DNA of 64,000 bases from an uncultured virus (IMG/VR IMGVR_UViG_3300021440_000019) (taxonomy: Duplodnaviria; Heunggongvirae; Uroviricota; Caudoviricetes). The stretch lies in the IMG/VR virus record IMGVR_UViG_3300021440_000019; one strand, written 5' to 3'. Positions 29,638-38,900 of this stretch are shown in pieces (position 1 is the first letter of the stretch; each line of letters begins with the position of its first letter). Made by a program: the position numbers and the translations under genes. Below the pieces are notes generated by a model that had not been told where the DNA came from, ran no database searches, and was given only the letters and a program-made list of their open reading frames with translations.

Positions 29638-29829
29638 ATGTTCAAACGATTCTGGACCTGGCTCATGAACCTGTTGGACCGCATCAGTGGTCCTCCGTTG
29701 CCGCCAGCACCTGCTCCGGGGACACCAGAAGCCGAAGCCGAGGCTCAACGGCTAAGCAACGCTATCGCAGTGCAGCGGCTGGCTCGTGAACGCGGCGCCG
29801 CGTCCACTGGCGATCCTCCGTCAACGTAA
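29638..29829 (+). CDS. small hypothetical protein
   Basis: Strong AGGAGGT RBS, an amphipathic N-terminal helix and a Pro-rich linker. Confidence 0.7.
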   Translation: MFKRFWTWLMNLLDRISGPPLPPAPAPGTPEAEAEAQRLSNAIAVQRLARERGAASTGDPPST

Positions 29830-29838
29830 GGAACGACC

Positions 29839-30204
29839 ATGTTTGAAGCATCCGCGTTCTCGCTAGCCAAGGGTATCGCTGCGGGTACCGCTTGGCTACT
29901 CAGCAGATTCAAAGCCCGGCATGGGTGGTCCCGACCGGACATACTGGCGCTGCTGTCTCGTGTGTCCGCAGGCATCGGTTGCGCGTGGGTCGGTGCAGAG
30001 TTCTGCGCTACGCAGTTCGCAACGTGGCGTCACGAGGCGGCAGCGAGCACAACGGAAATCGTGCTCGCTGCCGCGCTGCTCATGGGCTTCGGCCATGAGA
30101 TCGTGCGACAGATCGAGAAGATCATCAAAGCCGGCGGGAAGAAGGTGCACCACATGGACGACACCATGGAAGCCCCGCTGGACACCGTGAAACCTAAGGA
30201 GTGA
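29839..30204 (+). CDS. small membrane protein (holin-like)
   Basis: AAGGA RBS, two to three hydrophobic segments and a charged C-terminus. Confidence 0.45.
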   Translation: MFEASAFSLAKGIAAGTAWLLSRFKARHGWSRPDILALLSRVSAGIGCAWVGAEFCATQFATWRHEAAASTTEIVLAAALLMGFGHEIVRQIEKIIKAGGKKVHHMDDTMEAPLDTVKPKE

Positions 30205-30207
30205 CGT

Positions 30208-30558
30208 ATGGATCATTGGCTTCTGACGCTGCTGCCGGAAACCGTGTGGCAATGGCTCAACCTCGTAGCCTGCACCATCGCGGCCGTGTCTACCGGCATC
30301 ATCTGCGCGGAACTCCTCGACGCGGATGACACTGTATGGGACAACCGTGACCCCGAATTCTGGCTGCTGAAGAACGGGATGGCGGTGGTGACTGCGGCAT
30401 TCGCCATCGTTGCGATCACCGAAGTCGAAGTCCTGGTCTACGAGTACGGTGCGCACAAGCCCACGGAGGTCGTGCTCAACGCCGTACTGGCCCTGCTGTT
30501 CACAACGATGACCGTAGTCGCCTACCGAATGCGCGGTAGCTTCCACGTGGAAAGCTGA
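30208..30558 (+). CDS. three-TM membrane protein (holin/antiholin-like)
   Basis: TAAGGAG RBS and three hydrophobic helices. Confidence 0.5.
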   Translation: MDHWLLTLLPETVWQWLNLVACTIAAVSTGIICAELLDADDTVWDNRDPEFWLLKNGMAVVTAAFAIVAITEVEVLVYEYGAHKPTEVVLNAVLALLFTTMTVVAYRMRGSFHVES

Positions 30559-30570
30559 GATCACCGCGCA

Positions 30571-30579
30571 CTAATTTCA
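30571..30579 (+). promoter_or_regulatory. CTAATTTCA motif, putative late promoter
   Basis: Intergenic copy 28 nt before ATG 30608. Confidence 0.6.
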
Positions 30580-30607
30580 GTTCAGCGCGCACACAAAGGA
30601 CCTGACT

Positions 30608-31654
30608 ATGACCTCCCGACAGTTTGACGCACAGGTGACAGTGATTCCTGGCGACTGGGCCAACGACGTAGACGCACTGGTCTACGATGTGTTCCACGGA
30701 GCACAGACGGCGGTGGCCGCAAGAGCCGCGCTTGGGCTCGGCTCCATGTCACTGCAAGAAGCCTCCGCAGTGGCAATCGCTGGCGGCACCGTGAACTCCA
30801 CGCTGATCGGCCTGGTGTCTCCGGCCGCCGGCCACTTCTCGGAACTCCGGTCCACGAACGGGAACCCAACGGAACCCGAAGACGTGGTGACCCGAGGCTA
30901 CCTGGACAACCGGTTCTCCGGGTTCTCCGCGCTGGCGTCGATGCTGCCTTCCGCCATCGACTTCTCCGGCGGCACCATGAACTCCGTGGCGATCGAAGGC
31001 GGCTCCGTGGATGGCGCACCCATAGGCAGCGTCAACCCCAGCACCGGACGCTTCACCAGCCTGTCGCTGCTGAACCCGCTGTCCGTCGCACAGGGTGGCA
31101 CCGGTGCGTCATCCCTGCTCGGCAAGTACCTGACGGTGGTGCAGACGCCGGAGCCACACTTTGTCTCCGTGCTGAAGATCCCTGCAGCGGACGTGCAGGG
31201 GCTAGGTACGATGGCAACGCAAGCCGCGAACTCCGTGGCGATCACGGGTGGCACCGTGGACGGCGTGAACTTCGGCAACGACAACGTGTTCTCGGGCTTC
31301 GGCACGCTGGCGAAGCAGAACGCGAACGCGGTGAACATCGTTGGCGGCACACTGTCGGGAGTCACGCTCATCGGCATCGCCGTGGAGTCCGCGATCCAGA
31401 GGATTTCCGGTGCGACGACGGCGGACCCAACGAAGGACATCTTCATCGTGGATGGCAGCACGTCGTACATCGTGGACCTGCCGCCACCCTCTGCCGTCAA
31501 GAAGCCCCTGTGGTTCAAGAAGGTCGGCACCGCGCGCATCGACCTGCGGGCTCCGGTCGGTGTCACCGTGGACGGCGATTCCGTGTACAACCTGTTCTCC
31601 GACAACGAGTCCGTGACGCTGGTCGCTGACGGTTCCAAGTTCTACGCATTCTGA
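30608..31654 (+). CDS. short fibre protein, shared-anchor family member 7
   Basis: Anchor FDAQVTVIPGDWANDVDALVYDVF, internal repeats of LG.MA.Q.AN.V.I.GGT, and a C-terminal tip domain like that of ORFs 19114 and 31665. Confidence 0.8.
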   Translation: MTSRQFDAQVTVIPGDWANDVDALVYDVFHGAQTAVAARAALGLGSMSLQEASAVAIAGGTVNSTLIGLVSPAAGHFSELRSTNGNPTEPEDVVTRGYLDNRFSGFSALASMLPSAIDFSGGTMNSVAIEGGSVDGAPIGSVNPSTGRFTSLSLLNPLSVAQGGTGASSLLGKYLTVVQTPEPHFVSVLKIPAADVQGLGTMATQAANSVAITGGTVDGVNFGNDNVFSGFGTLAKQNANAVNIVGGTLSGVTLIGIAVESAIQRISGATTADPTKDIFIVDGSTSYIVDLPPPSAVKKPLWFKKVGTARIDLRAPVGVTVDGDSVYNLFSDNESVTLVADGSKFYAF

Positions 31655-31664
31655 GGAGCACCTG

Positions 31665-32579
31665 ATGAGCCATCGTGACGTAATCTACTACAGCGAGTTC
31701 GCGCCGACGCCGGGGACCGACTACATCCGGCCGCTGTGGTACGTGATCCCTGGCACCGGCACCATCGGTAACGACCTGTGGATTTGGAACAACACGGCGG
31801 GGCGCTACACGTTGTTCATCCCGGATGTGACGGTACCGCCGGTAGCCGGCGCCACGGAAGCTGCCGCCGGCATCATCGCGCTGGCAACCGCCGCTGCGGT
31901 GCTCGCAGGAACCGACGCAGTGTCAGCAGTCACACCGGCGACGCTGGCCGCAGCGTTGAACGCGCTGAAGGGGAACGCCCCTTCCGGACTGAACACGCTG
32001 GCAGCGCTGGCGGCCGCTGTGGGCAATGCGCCGACGTTCTCGCAAGACATGTCCGATGCGTTGGGCACCAAAGCGAACGCGAACGGCAGCAACGTGAGCA
32101 CGCCGGCGCTGTCCGCCGTGAACAAGCTGCTCGTGAACACCGAGGCGTTGAAGGCCGTGCTGCTCGACGTGCTGGCAACACCGTCGGACCTGGCGAACGC
32201 TCGGAGTTCGGTTGACGCTGCCGGGGCCACATCTGCCGCTGGTGTCCAACGTGTCGTGTCGCTGCCGGCGCTGGACACATACACGAAGCTCAAGGAGCGT
32301 ACCATTGTGGGCGCTCCCGCAGGTACGAACTCGCCGGTCACGTCTGACGACGACGTGATACTGCTCGACGGTGCCGCCGGTGTCGCCACTGCCCAACTCG
32401 GCAACCCCTCGCTGTACAAGGCCAAGCGCTACCACTTCGTGTGCGTGAACTTCACGCACGTGCCGCGCATCGCGGCGTCCACGGGATTCATCGACGGTCC
32501 GTTGACCTTCGTGTTCACCGGCGTCGGCCAATCGCTGACGGTGATCCCCACAGGTCTTGGCAAGTGGGCCAAGGTCTGA
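31665..32579 (+). CDS. short tail fibre-like protein
   Basis: ATEAAAGIIALAT...AGTD...AVTPATL and AP..LNTL..LA.A.GN.P.F are common tail fibre motifs. GAGGAG RBS. Confidence 0.75.
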   Translation: MSHRDVIYYSEFAPTPGTDYIRPLWYVIPGTGTIGNDLWIWNNTAGRYTLFIPDVTVPPVAGATEAAAGIIALATAAAVLAGTDAVSAVTPATLAAALNALKGNAPSGLNTLAALAAAVGNAPTFSQDMSDALGTKANANGSNVSTPALSAVNKLLVNTEALKAVLLDVLATPSDLANARSSVDAAGATSAAGVQRVVSLPALDTYTKLKERTIVGAPAGTNSPVTSDDDVILLDGAAGVATAQLGNPSLYKAKRYHFVCVNFTHVPRIAASTGFIDGPLTFVFTGVGQSLTVIPTGLGKWAKV

Positions 32580-32607
32580 TCCCTGTGCTAACCCTCTGAG
32601 GTCGAAT

Positions 32608-33297
32608 GTGCCGCTAACCAGATACCGTGACAAACGCCCGCGTGACAACGCGCCGCCGCCAAAGAAGCTGATGGGCCTACGCTCGAAGAAGACCAAGCGC
32701 GTCGTTGACGACGTAGAGCCCGTTGCCAAGAAGAAAAAGAAGAAGGACCCGGTCACGGCGCTAGCCGTGCTCGACCGTCGTTCCGAAATCGTCAAGAAGG
32801 CGAGCACGACGTTCGGCGTTCCGAGCAAGCAGTTGTACACGATGATCCAGGACGGCAACGTCGATCAGGCGATCATCGTGTTCCAGCGTCAGATGCTGGC
32901 GACTGTACTCCGGCTGATTCCCATCGCAGAGAACCAGTACCGCAAGGAGAAGAAGGAGCACACGGCGTACGCTCTGAACTCTCTGGTTTCCCAGGCTCGC
33001 GAACTCAGCGCTGACATCCAGGCTTCCGCTGACCGCGCCAGCGTTGCGGAAATCATCGTCACCGAGTACATGATGCCGACGTTTCGGTCCCTGATCGAGA
33101 CGCTGGTGGTCGAAACACAGGCGTTGAAAGCTGTGCTCAAGTCCAAGGTGAGAACCGAGGCGGCCTCCGCTGCGGACACTGCCGTGGACGAGTTGGTCAG
33201 GCAGGTAGCTCGCTCCGGCAACGAGTTGTTCCGCGTCAACGCCGAAGCCATTCGGGGCCTGTTGGGCGCACCCAAGAAACGTGGAGTCAAAGCATGA
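32608..33297 (+). CDS. hypothetical protein with Lys/Arg-rich N-terminus and helical core
   Basis: GAGG precedes GTG 32608 (start uncertain). ATGA overlap with the next gene. Confidence 0.65.
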   Translation: MPLTRYRDKRPRDNAPPPKKLMGLRSKKTKRVVDDVEPVAKKKKKKDPVTALAVLDRRSEIVKKASTTFGVPSKQLYTMIQDGNVDQAIIVFQRQMLATVLRLIPIAENQYRKEKKEHTAYALNSLVSQARELSADIQASADRASVAEIIVTEYMMPTFRSLIETLVVETQALKAVLKSKVRTEAASAADTAVDELVRQVARSGNELFRVNAEAIRGLLGAPKKRGVKA

Positions 33298-34136
33298 ACT
33301 ATGACGCATTCTCCGTGTGGGCTTCCGCACGCGGTATTGCCCAACGACGCGTACGCGCCGTGTACGAAGATGCCACGGAGCACGCTTCTCGGCATTCCCG
33401 TACGACGGCTGCGTACTGGAAGACGCTGGCTGCGTCGATCCGAGAGCAAGTGGGCGCAGCGCCGAATGTCCGTGCTGCTCCAGAAATCCAGAAGCTGGAG
33501 TCCCTGGCATCGTGGCTGAAGACGCAACCGGGTTCCACGAGCTTCGTGGACGAGGGTCGGGAACTCGTGCTCCGGTACTCGCGTGACTCCACGCACGGTC
33601 TGGCCTACCCGTTCTCCGACTTCTGCGACATCGTGATCGGCTACGATCCGGTCCTCAACATGTACCGCACAGGCGGCTACGTCTTCGGCACGGCTGTGAA
33701 CACACCGAGTGCGAACGATGCTGGCGTCTTCCTCATGGCGTCCGGCTCTGCCGCAGCGCAGTACAACGCGGCCGTCCGTGACTTCCTGACGCGCGCGATG
33801 AAAATCTGCGAGCGCTATGGAGGCAACAACCTCGACCTGTTCACGTTCCAACTCGGTCGCGTGCTCCGTGCTTCTGGCACGGTCACGAAGCTGGACAACA
33901 GCAAGCTCCCGAACGTCGCCGAGTACCGCTCGGGCACCGCAGAGTTCTCCGCGTGGTTCGCGCGGTCGAACCTGGGGCTCGGCGTCATCAAGTTCAACCC
34001 CGCTGCGAGTACCGGTGGTTATCCGGTGTCCACACGCACGTTCGTCTCGCTGCTGGCTGCCCTGGACGAGCACGTGCAGGCTCACCAAGACTTCGTGAAC
34101 GCATGTCTGGCCGCTACAAACCGAACTTCCGCGTAA
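33294..34136 (+). CDS. hypothetical protein
   Basis: 280-aa ORF with a GGAG RBS, translationally coupled to the upstream gene. Confidence 0.7.
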   Translation: MNYDAFSVWASARGIAQRRVRAVYEDATEHASRHSRTTAAYWKTLAASIREQVGAAPNVRAAPEIQKLESLASWLKTQPGSTSFVDEGRELVLRYSRDSTHGLAYPFSDFCDIVIGYDPVLNMYRTGGYVFGTAVNTPSANDAGVFLMASGSAAAQYNAAVRDFLTRAMKICERYGGNNLDLFTFQLGRVLRASGTVTKLDNSKLPNVAEYRSGTAEFSAWFARSNLGLGVIKFNPAASTGGYPVSTRTFVSLLAALDEHVQAHQDFVNACLAATNRTSA

Positions 34137-34390
34137 GCGGGCGCACTGCCGTCCGTGTCGTACGTGACACGTACCGGAAAGAAGACGGCGAGTGGGAGCG
34201 CATCCGGCTTCGCGTGCTCGAACGTGATGGCTATCGCTGTCGTGGATGTGGCACTTCCGTCCGAGGCTGTTCGGACCGTGCTGTACACCACATCCTTCCG
34301 CTGTCTCGCGGCGGGTACACGCGAATGTCCAACCTGATAACCCTCTGCGGCAAGCAATGTCATGCTCGCAGGCACAGACACTTGAGGTGA
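34103..34390 (+). CDS. small HNH endonuclease (CxxC-HNH-CxxxC type)
   Basis: W..IR.RVLERDGYRCRGC...VHHILPLSRGG...SNLITLC...CH...H. Start uncertain. Confidence 0.85.
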   Translation: MSGRYKPNFRVSGRTAVRVVRDTYRKEDGEWERIRLRVLERDGYRCRGCGTSVRGCSDRAVHHILPLSRGGYTRMSNLITLCGKQCHARRHRHLR

Positions 34391-34393
34391 ACC

Positions 34394-34972
34394 GTGAGAG
34401 TCCTCTTTGCTGAAACACCGCCGGTGCTGCCGAATGCTCAGCAGTGGTACACGTTCACGGTCGTTGCCCGTGGCAGCCAAGTGCTGTCCGGTGCCATACC
34501 CGTGCCAGTGCCTGCCGGCGGTGAAGACTCTGTGGTCGAAGATCGGGGCATCACCAAGCGCGTGGTCCGTACGTGGTCCCTGTGTCCGTACATCGAAGCT
34601 CGCTCGGAGGTCTGGAAGATCACGGGCGACGAAAGTGACCCGACTGGTTCTGCGATCACCGCGTGCTACACGATACCCGAGGGGCACTACGTTGGCGACC
34701 TGGACTTCGCACGGTACCTGTTGGGCCAGTGCATTCATCCGGAGCTTTCAAGCCCGGAGCACGGGGTCTGCTCTGTCGGATACTCACCGGTGAAACGCGC
34801 GTGGGCTGGATGGTCGCACCGCGCGCTCTGCTTCTTCACTCTCGGGGACCGCGTGTTCGAGGAGCGCTATGGCGATGACAAGACGCCGTTCAAGCTCCAT
34901 GGCCGTCGGGTCATCGCCAACATGGAAGACGCGCGCGTTGCCGCCGTGGCCTTCGCTGACTACGTGTCGTGA
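34394..34972 (+). CDS. hypothetical phage protein with W.GWSHRA motif
   Basis: GAGGT RBS. C-terminal CSVGYS....WAGWSHRA...F..GD and DAR.AA.AFA..VS motifs. Confidence 0.65.
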   Translation: MRVLFAETPPVLPNAQQWYTFTVVARGSQVLSGAIPVPVPAGGEDSVVEDRGITKRVVRTWSLCPYIEARSEVWKITGDESDPTGSAITACYTIPEGHYVGDLDFARYLLGQCIHPELSSPEHGVCSVGYSPVKRAWAGWSHRALCFFTLGDRVFEERYGDDKTPFKLHGRRVIANMEDARVAAVAFADYVS

Positions 34973-34975
34973 GCC

Positions 34976-35695
34976 ATGCTTGAACTCATGGGTGTTCCTC
35001 CGGCAGTGCTAGCACGGCATCCGCAGTCGGCAGCACGTGAGTCCTACCCTCCGGTGTTCCGCACGAGTCCAGAGTTCCACACCGTGTGGGCTCGCATGTG
35101 CTTGACGACGCCGATGTCGGTCACGGGTGCCACCGCTTGGAACCTCGTGGTTCGCAGATTCCTGCACTGGGCCACGCGCAACAACCGCAACGTGTTCCCT
35201 GCGGCCACGTCAATCGTCGATGACAACGCGGTGTCCGCGTATCTCAGGCTTCGCCGTCGGTGGATCACGCAGTACCTCGATAACCTTGGCGTACTACGTG
35301 ACCTACGGTGGATCACCGTGGACACCGCAGTGGTCGAAGACCGGTTGGGCATTACGGTAAATTCGGCGTTGCACTGCCGAGACATCGACTACGAAGCCCT
35401 GGTCACGACGTTGCAGGCTTCACGCTGGCGACCTAATTTGAACTCCAGGGTTGGCTATGGCATCGGCTACCGGGACTGGTGGCGCTGGCTCCGGGTGTCC
35501 GAGACAGGCGTTACCAAGCTCGGGTTCTCTGCACCAGGACGCATGCGCGCTACGTTCTGGTACTCAATCATGGTGCCGGCACATCCGAACACGCCGCCGG
35601 GCACCACCGTAGAAGACCACGTGGTCAACAACCTGTGGCTTCCTATCGTCCGCGTTCTGCGCTTCAACTCTCTGCGCCGCAACTCCACCTTCTGA
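34976..35695 (+). CDS. hypothetical protein
   Basis: 239-aa Trp/Arg-rich ORF that fills the gap. Confidence 0.6.
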   Translation: MLELMGVPPAVLARHPQSAARESYPPVFRTSPEFHTVWARMCLTTPMSVTGATAWNLVVRRFLHWATRNNRNVFPAATSIVDDNAVSAYLRLRRRWITQYLDNLGVLRDLRWITVDTAVVEDRLGITVNSALHCRDIDYEALVTTLQASRWRPNLNSRVGYGIGYRDWWRWLRVSETGVTKLGFSAPGRMRATFWYSIMVPAHPNTPPGTTVEDHVVNNLWLPIVRVLRFNSLRRNSTF

Positions 35696-35705
35696 GGTCC
35701 TGTCG

Positions 35706-35942
35706 ATGAAACCCACTGTACTGACTCAAGAGGAACGTGACAAGCTCGTCGCTCGCGTTCTCGACGACATGAACGCGATGCCCAAGGTGGTTGCCGCTGT
35801 GCAAGCGTCCACGTTGTACTCGCGCGATGCCCTGCAAGAAGTCACGGACCCCATGCTCAAGGTCCAGTTGTGCCGAGCACTGGCGACGTACTTCGCGGGC
35901 ACAACGGCTGCGGCTCTACCAACCTGGGAATCCTTCAAATGA
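35706..35942 (+). CDS. small hypothetical protein
   Basis: GAGGT RBS and ATGA coupling to the SNF2 gene. Confidence 0.65.
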   Translation: MKPTVLTQEERDKLVARVLDDMNAMPKVVAAVQASTLYSRDALQEVTDPMLKVQLCRALATYFAGTTAAALPTWESFK

Positions 35943-38900
35943 GACTGCTCGAAACCAAGGCAATGGAATCGGCCATGACGATTCTGGCGGCGACGAAGCG
36001 TCAAGCACATCCGTTGCTGGAAACCCCGTTCGGTCGTGCGTTCCTGCGCTACGACGGTCAGAACATGGACCGGGACTTCGCGGCATCGTACGCGGCGTTC
36101 GCCATGGGCTCCGCCGGCTTCCGTCACTACCTCGTGAAGTCCGTGTGGGGCAACGCCACTGGTGTCAAGCCCGGTGCCTTTTCCATGGACAGCACGGAAG
36201 CGAACTACCAAGCGCTGTTCGAGGAGCAAGGTGCTTCGACCCTGCACCACACGCGAATCCGTCGGAAGGGCAACTCCATCGTCGTGAGCATCCCCGTCGG
36301 CCGCTTCGACTTCGGCACGTACTACATGCCGGATGTGCGGTGGGCCACAACGGCCACGATGCCGAAAACAGAAGGCAACCTGAACGCTGCTGTCAATCGC
36401 ATCCAGTCCTCGAAGTTCCGGAACCTGCTGGTGCTGGACTCTGCGCTGGACCTCACGGTGTCCGCCGACGAGGTGATGCGCGCTACGCCCGTGGCGGACT
36501 ACGAGACACGGACCTCAGGTCGCGGGGAGAACGGATACCCTGCGCTGTTCGCTCGTGTGTTCTCCAAGTTCCGGTTCATGCGGTGTTCCCTGCGCGAAGC
36601 ATCCACGAGCGACCAGCGTCGCTTGGGCATCGGCGCGGCTAGTGGAACGCGGATTCCCTACGACGACCTGTCGATGGAGAATCCGCTGGTGCAAGCCAAC
36701 CCCGACCTCGGGTGGGAGGTGCTTAAGTACATGCTGAGCATCCCCGTCGTCGGCTTCGTCGAAGCAGAACTCGGCGACGACTTCATCGAACCGCTGTCTG
36801 GTATGTCCGCAGCGGAAGTCCCTCTGTCGCTGATCGGCAACTGGCTCTCGGGCACCATCGAGTACCAATGGTTCGGCTCGGAAGACTCGCTGCAGGACGT
36901 GTTCGAGGTGTCGTCCATCGGAAGATCACGCGCGGAGTCCGAAGCGAGCACGGTGTTGCCCTACGACCCGGCAGCGAACGAAGACCGGTTGTGCATCGAC
37001 AACGTGGGCTACTTCTACTACCTGCCGGCTGCCGACCTCGTGGAGCAGTACGAGGCGGAAGTGGAAACGGTGTTCGCCGACGAGCGCGGCGAGTGGACGC
37101 CCATGGACGTGAAGAACCCGAAGAACGTCATTCGCTTCGACGACGGCGCCGGGCGCACACGTACGCAGCCGCGAAAGGTGCAGCCGGACCGCCTGATCTA
37201 CACGGACTTCAAGGCTGGTGTCATCGCGTACACCGATCACCAAGGGCTGATGAAGGTCACGGACATCAGCAGCTTCCGTGCGGTGAACGCCACGCACATC
37301 AAGGAGCTGCTGAACCTGTCGCTGTGGAAACCCTCGTACGACAACGAGGAGTTCGTGGACATGCTGAACGCGGCTCTGCGTTCAGCGCTGAACGCGAATC
37401 CGGCGATAGCCCAAGAGCTTCCGTACTCGGCAACCGAGACGTTCGGCCTGAACGAGTACCAGCGTGACCTCGCCAACGCACAGTTCCGCGAGTTCGTCTC
37501 TGGCAATCGCGGCGGTGACCTCGCAGAGGAAGCAGCACGGTGGCGGCTGCGGTTCATGGGCATTGCAGGCATCGACGAGAACCTGCGTGACGAGGTGGAA
37601 GACCTGAGCTTCCGCCACATCAGCCCGACGAGCCCCGTGCCTGAACTCCGGATCGTGTATCGGCTGCTCGCCGAGTACACACAGCGCATGGCTGCGAACT
37701 TCGAGGTTGCGGCCTCCGAATACCGGTTGCTGCCGACGCTGCAACGCCTGGGTTTCCTCACGACGCTGGTGAAGAACGCGCCGCGCTACGACGAAGTGTT
37801 CGAGCAGGACCGCGTGGATCGTGCTCCGTACACGGACCCCGTGGAGGACTACCGGAACGTCGAGATTCCGGAGATCCCGTTCACCCGTGGCGTCACGCTG
37901 ATGCCGCACCAAGTGAAGGTGTTCGCAGCGCTGAAGCGGTTCCCCAAGCGCTTCACTCTGGACATCGCGGCCGGCGGCGGCAAGACGTTCACGGCCGTGC
38001 TCGTGGCCCTGATGTACATGAAGCACGTTGGCGTGCGCCACCCGCTCGTCATCTGCCCGAACATCCTGCTGAAGAACTACTTCGAGGACGCAACGTACGC
38101 GACCTCGGGTGCCGTGAACATCATCGCGGTGAACTCCGAAATCATCGCTCGCTGGGGCGCTGACAAGCTGGCCGAGTTGATCCGCAAAGCGCCGATCAAC
38201 ACCGTGGTCGTGGCCTCGTTCGACTCCATGGCGAAGGGCACGACGCGGATATACGGCACGCGCAAGATCAGCGTGAACTCCGTGACGGAGTTCCTCAAGC
38301 AGTTCGACTTCGACTTCGTGGTCGTGGACGAGAGCCATCGCATCAAGCGCATGTCCAGCAACACGAACCGGAACGTCACGCGCGTTGCGGCCCGTGCCAA
38401 GTACAGCGGCATCATGACGGGCACACTGCTGTACAACGGTGCCGCTGACGTGGTGGGCCAGTTCAACGTCATGGACCCGACGATCTTCGGCTCGGACTCG
38501 CACTTCGACAACAAGTTCATGGAGGCCACCGCCGGCGTCAAGCGTGCGAAGTCCGGGGCTCCTGCGGTCGTGCAACGGCGAATCGCGGACTCCACAACGT
38601 ACGTGAAGATCGCGCGCAAGGAATGGGCTTCGCTGCTGCCGCCGCGCGTGGACGAGTTCGACGGCACAGCGACCGAGAAGTTCTGGATCCTGAACGACCC
38701 GGAGTACCCCGGCGAGCCGATGCTGACGCCTGCGCAGTCCGACTACTACAACAATGTGCTGCTCAAGGAGGTGCGCGACAAGATTTTCCAAGACTCGCAG
38801 ACCGATGAAGGCCTGCGTCGGCTACTGCGTGCCATGGAAGGTCGTGGCAACGCCGAAACCGAAGAGGACGATGAGAAGCTCCTGGAAGACATCATGGAGA

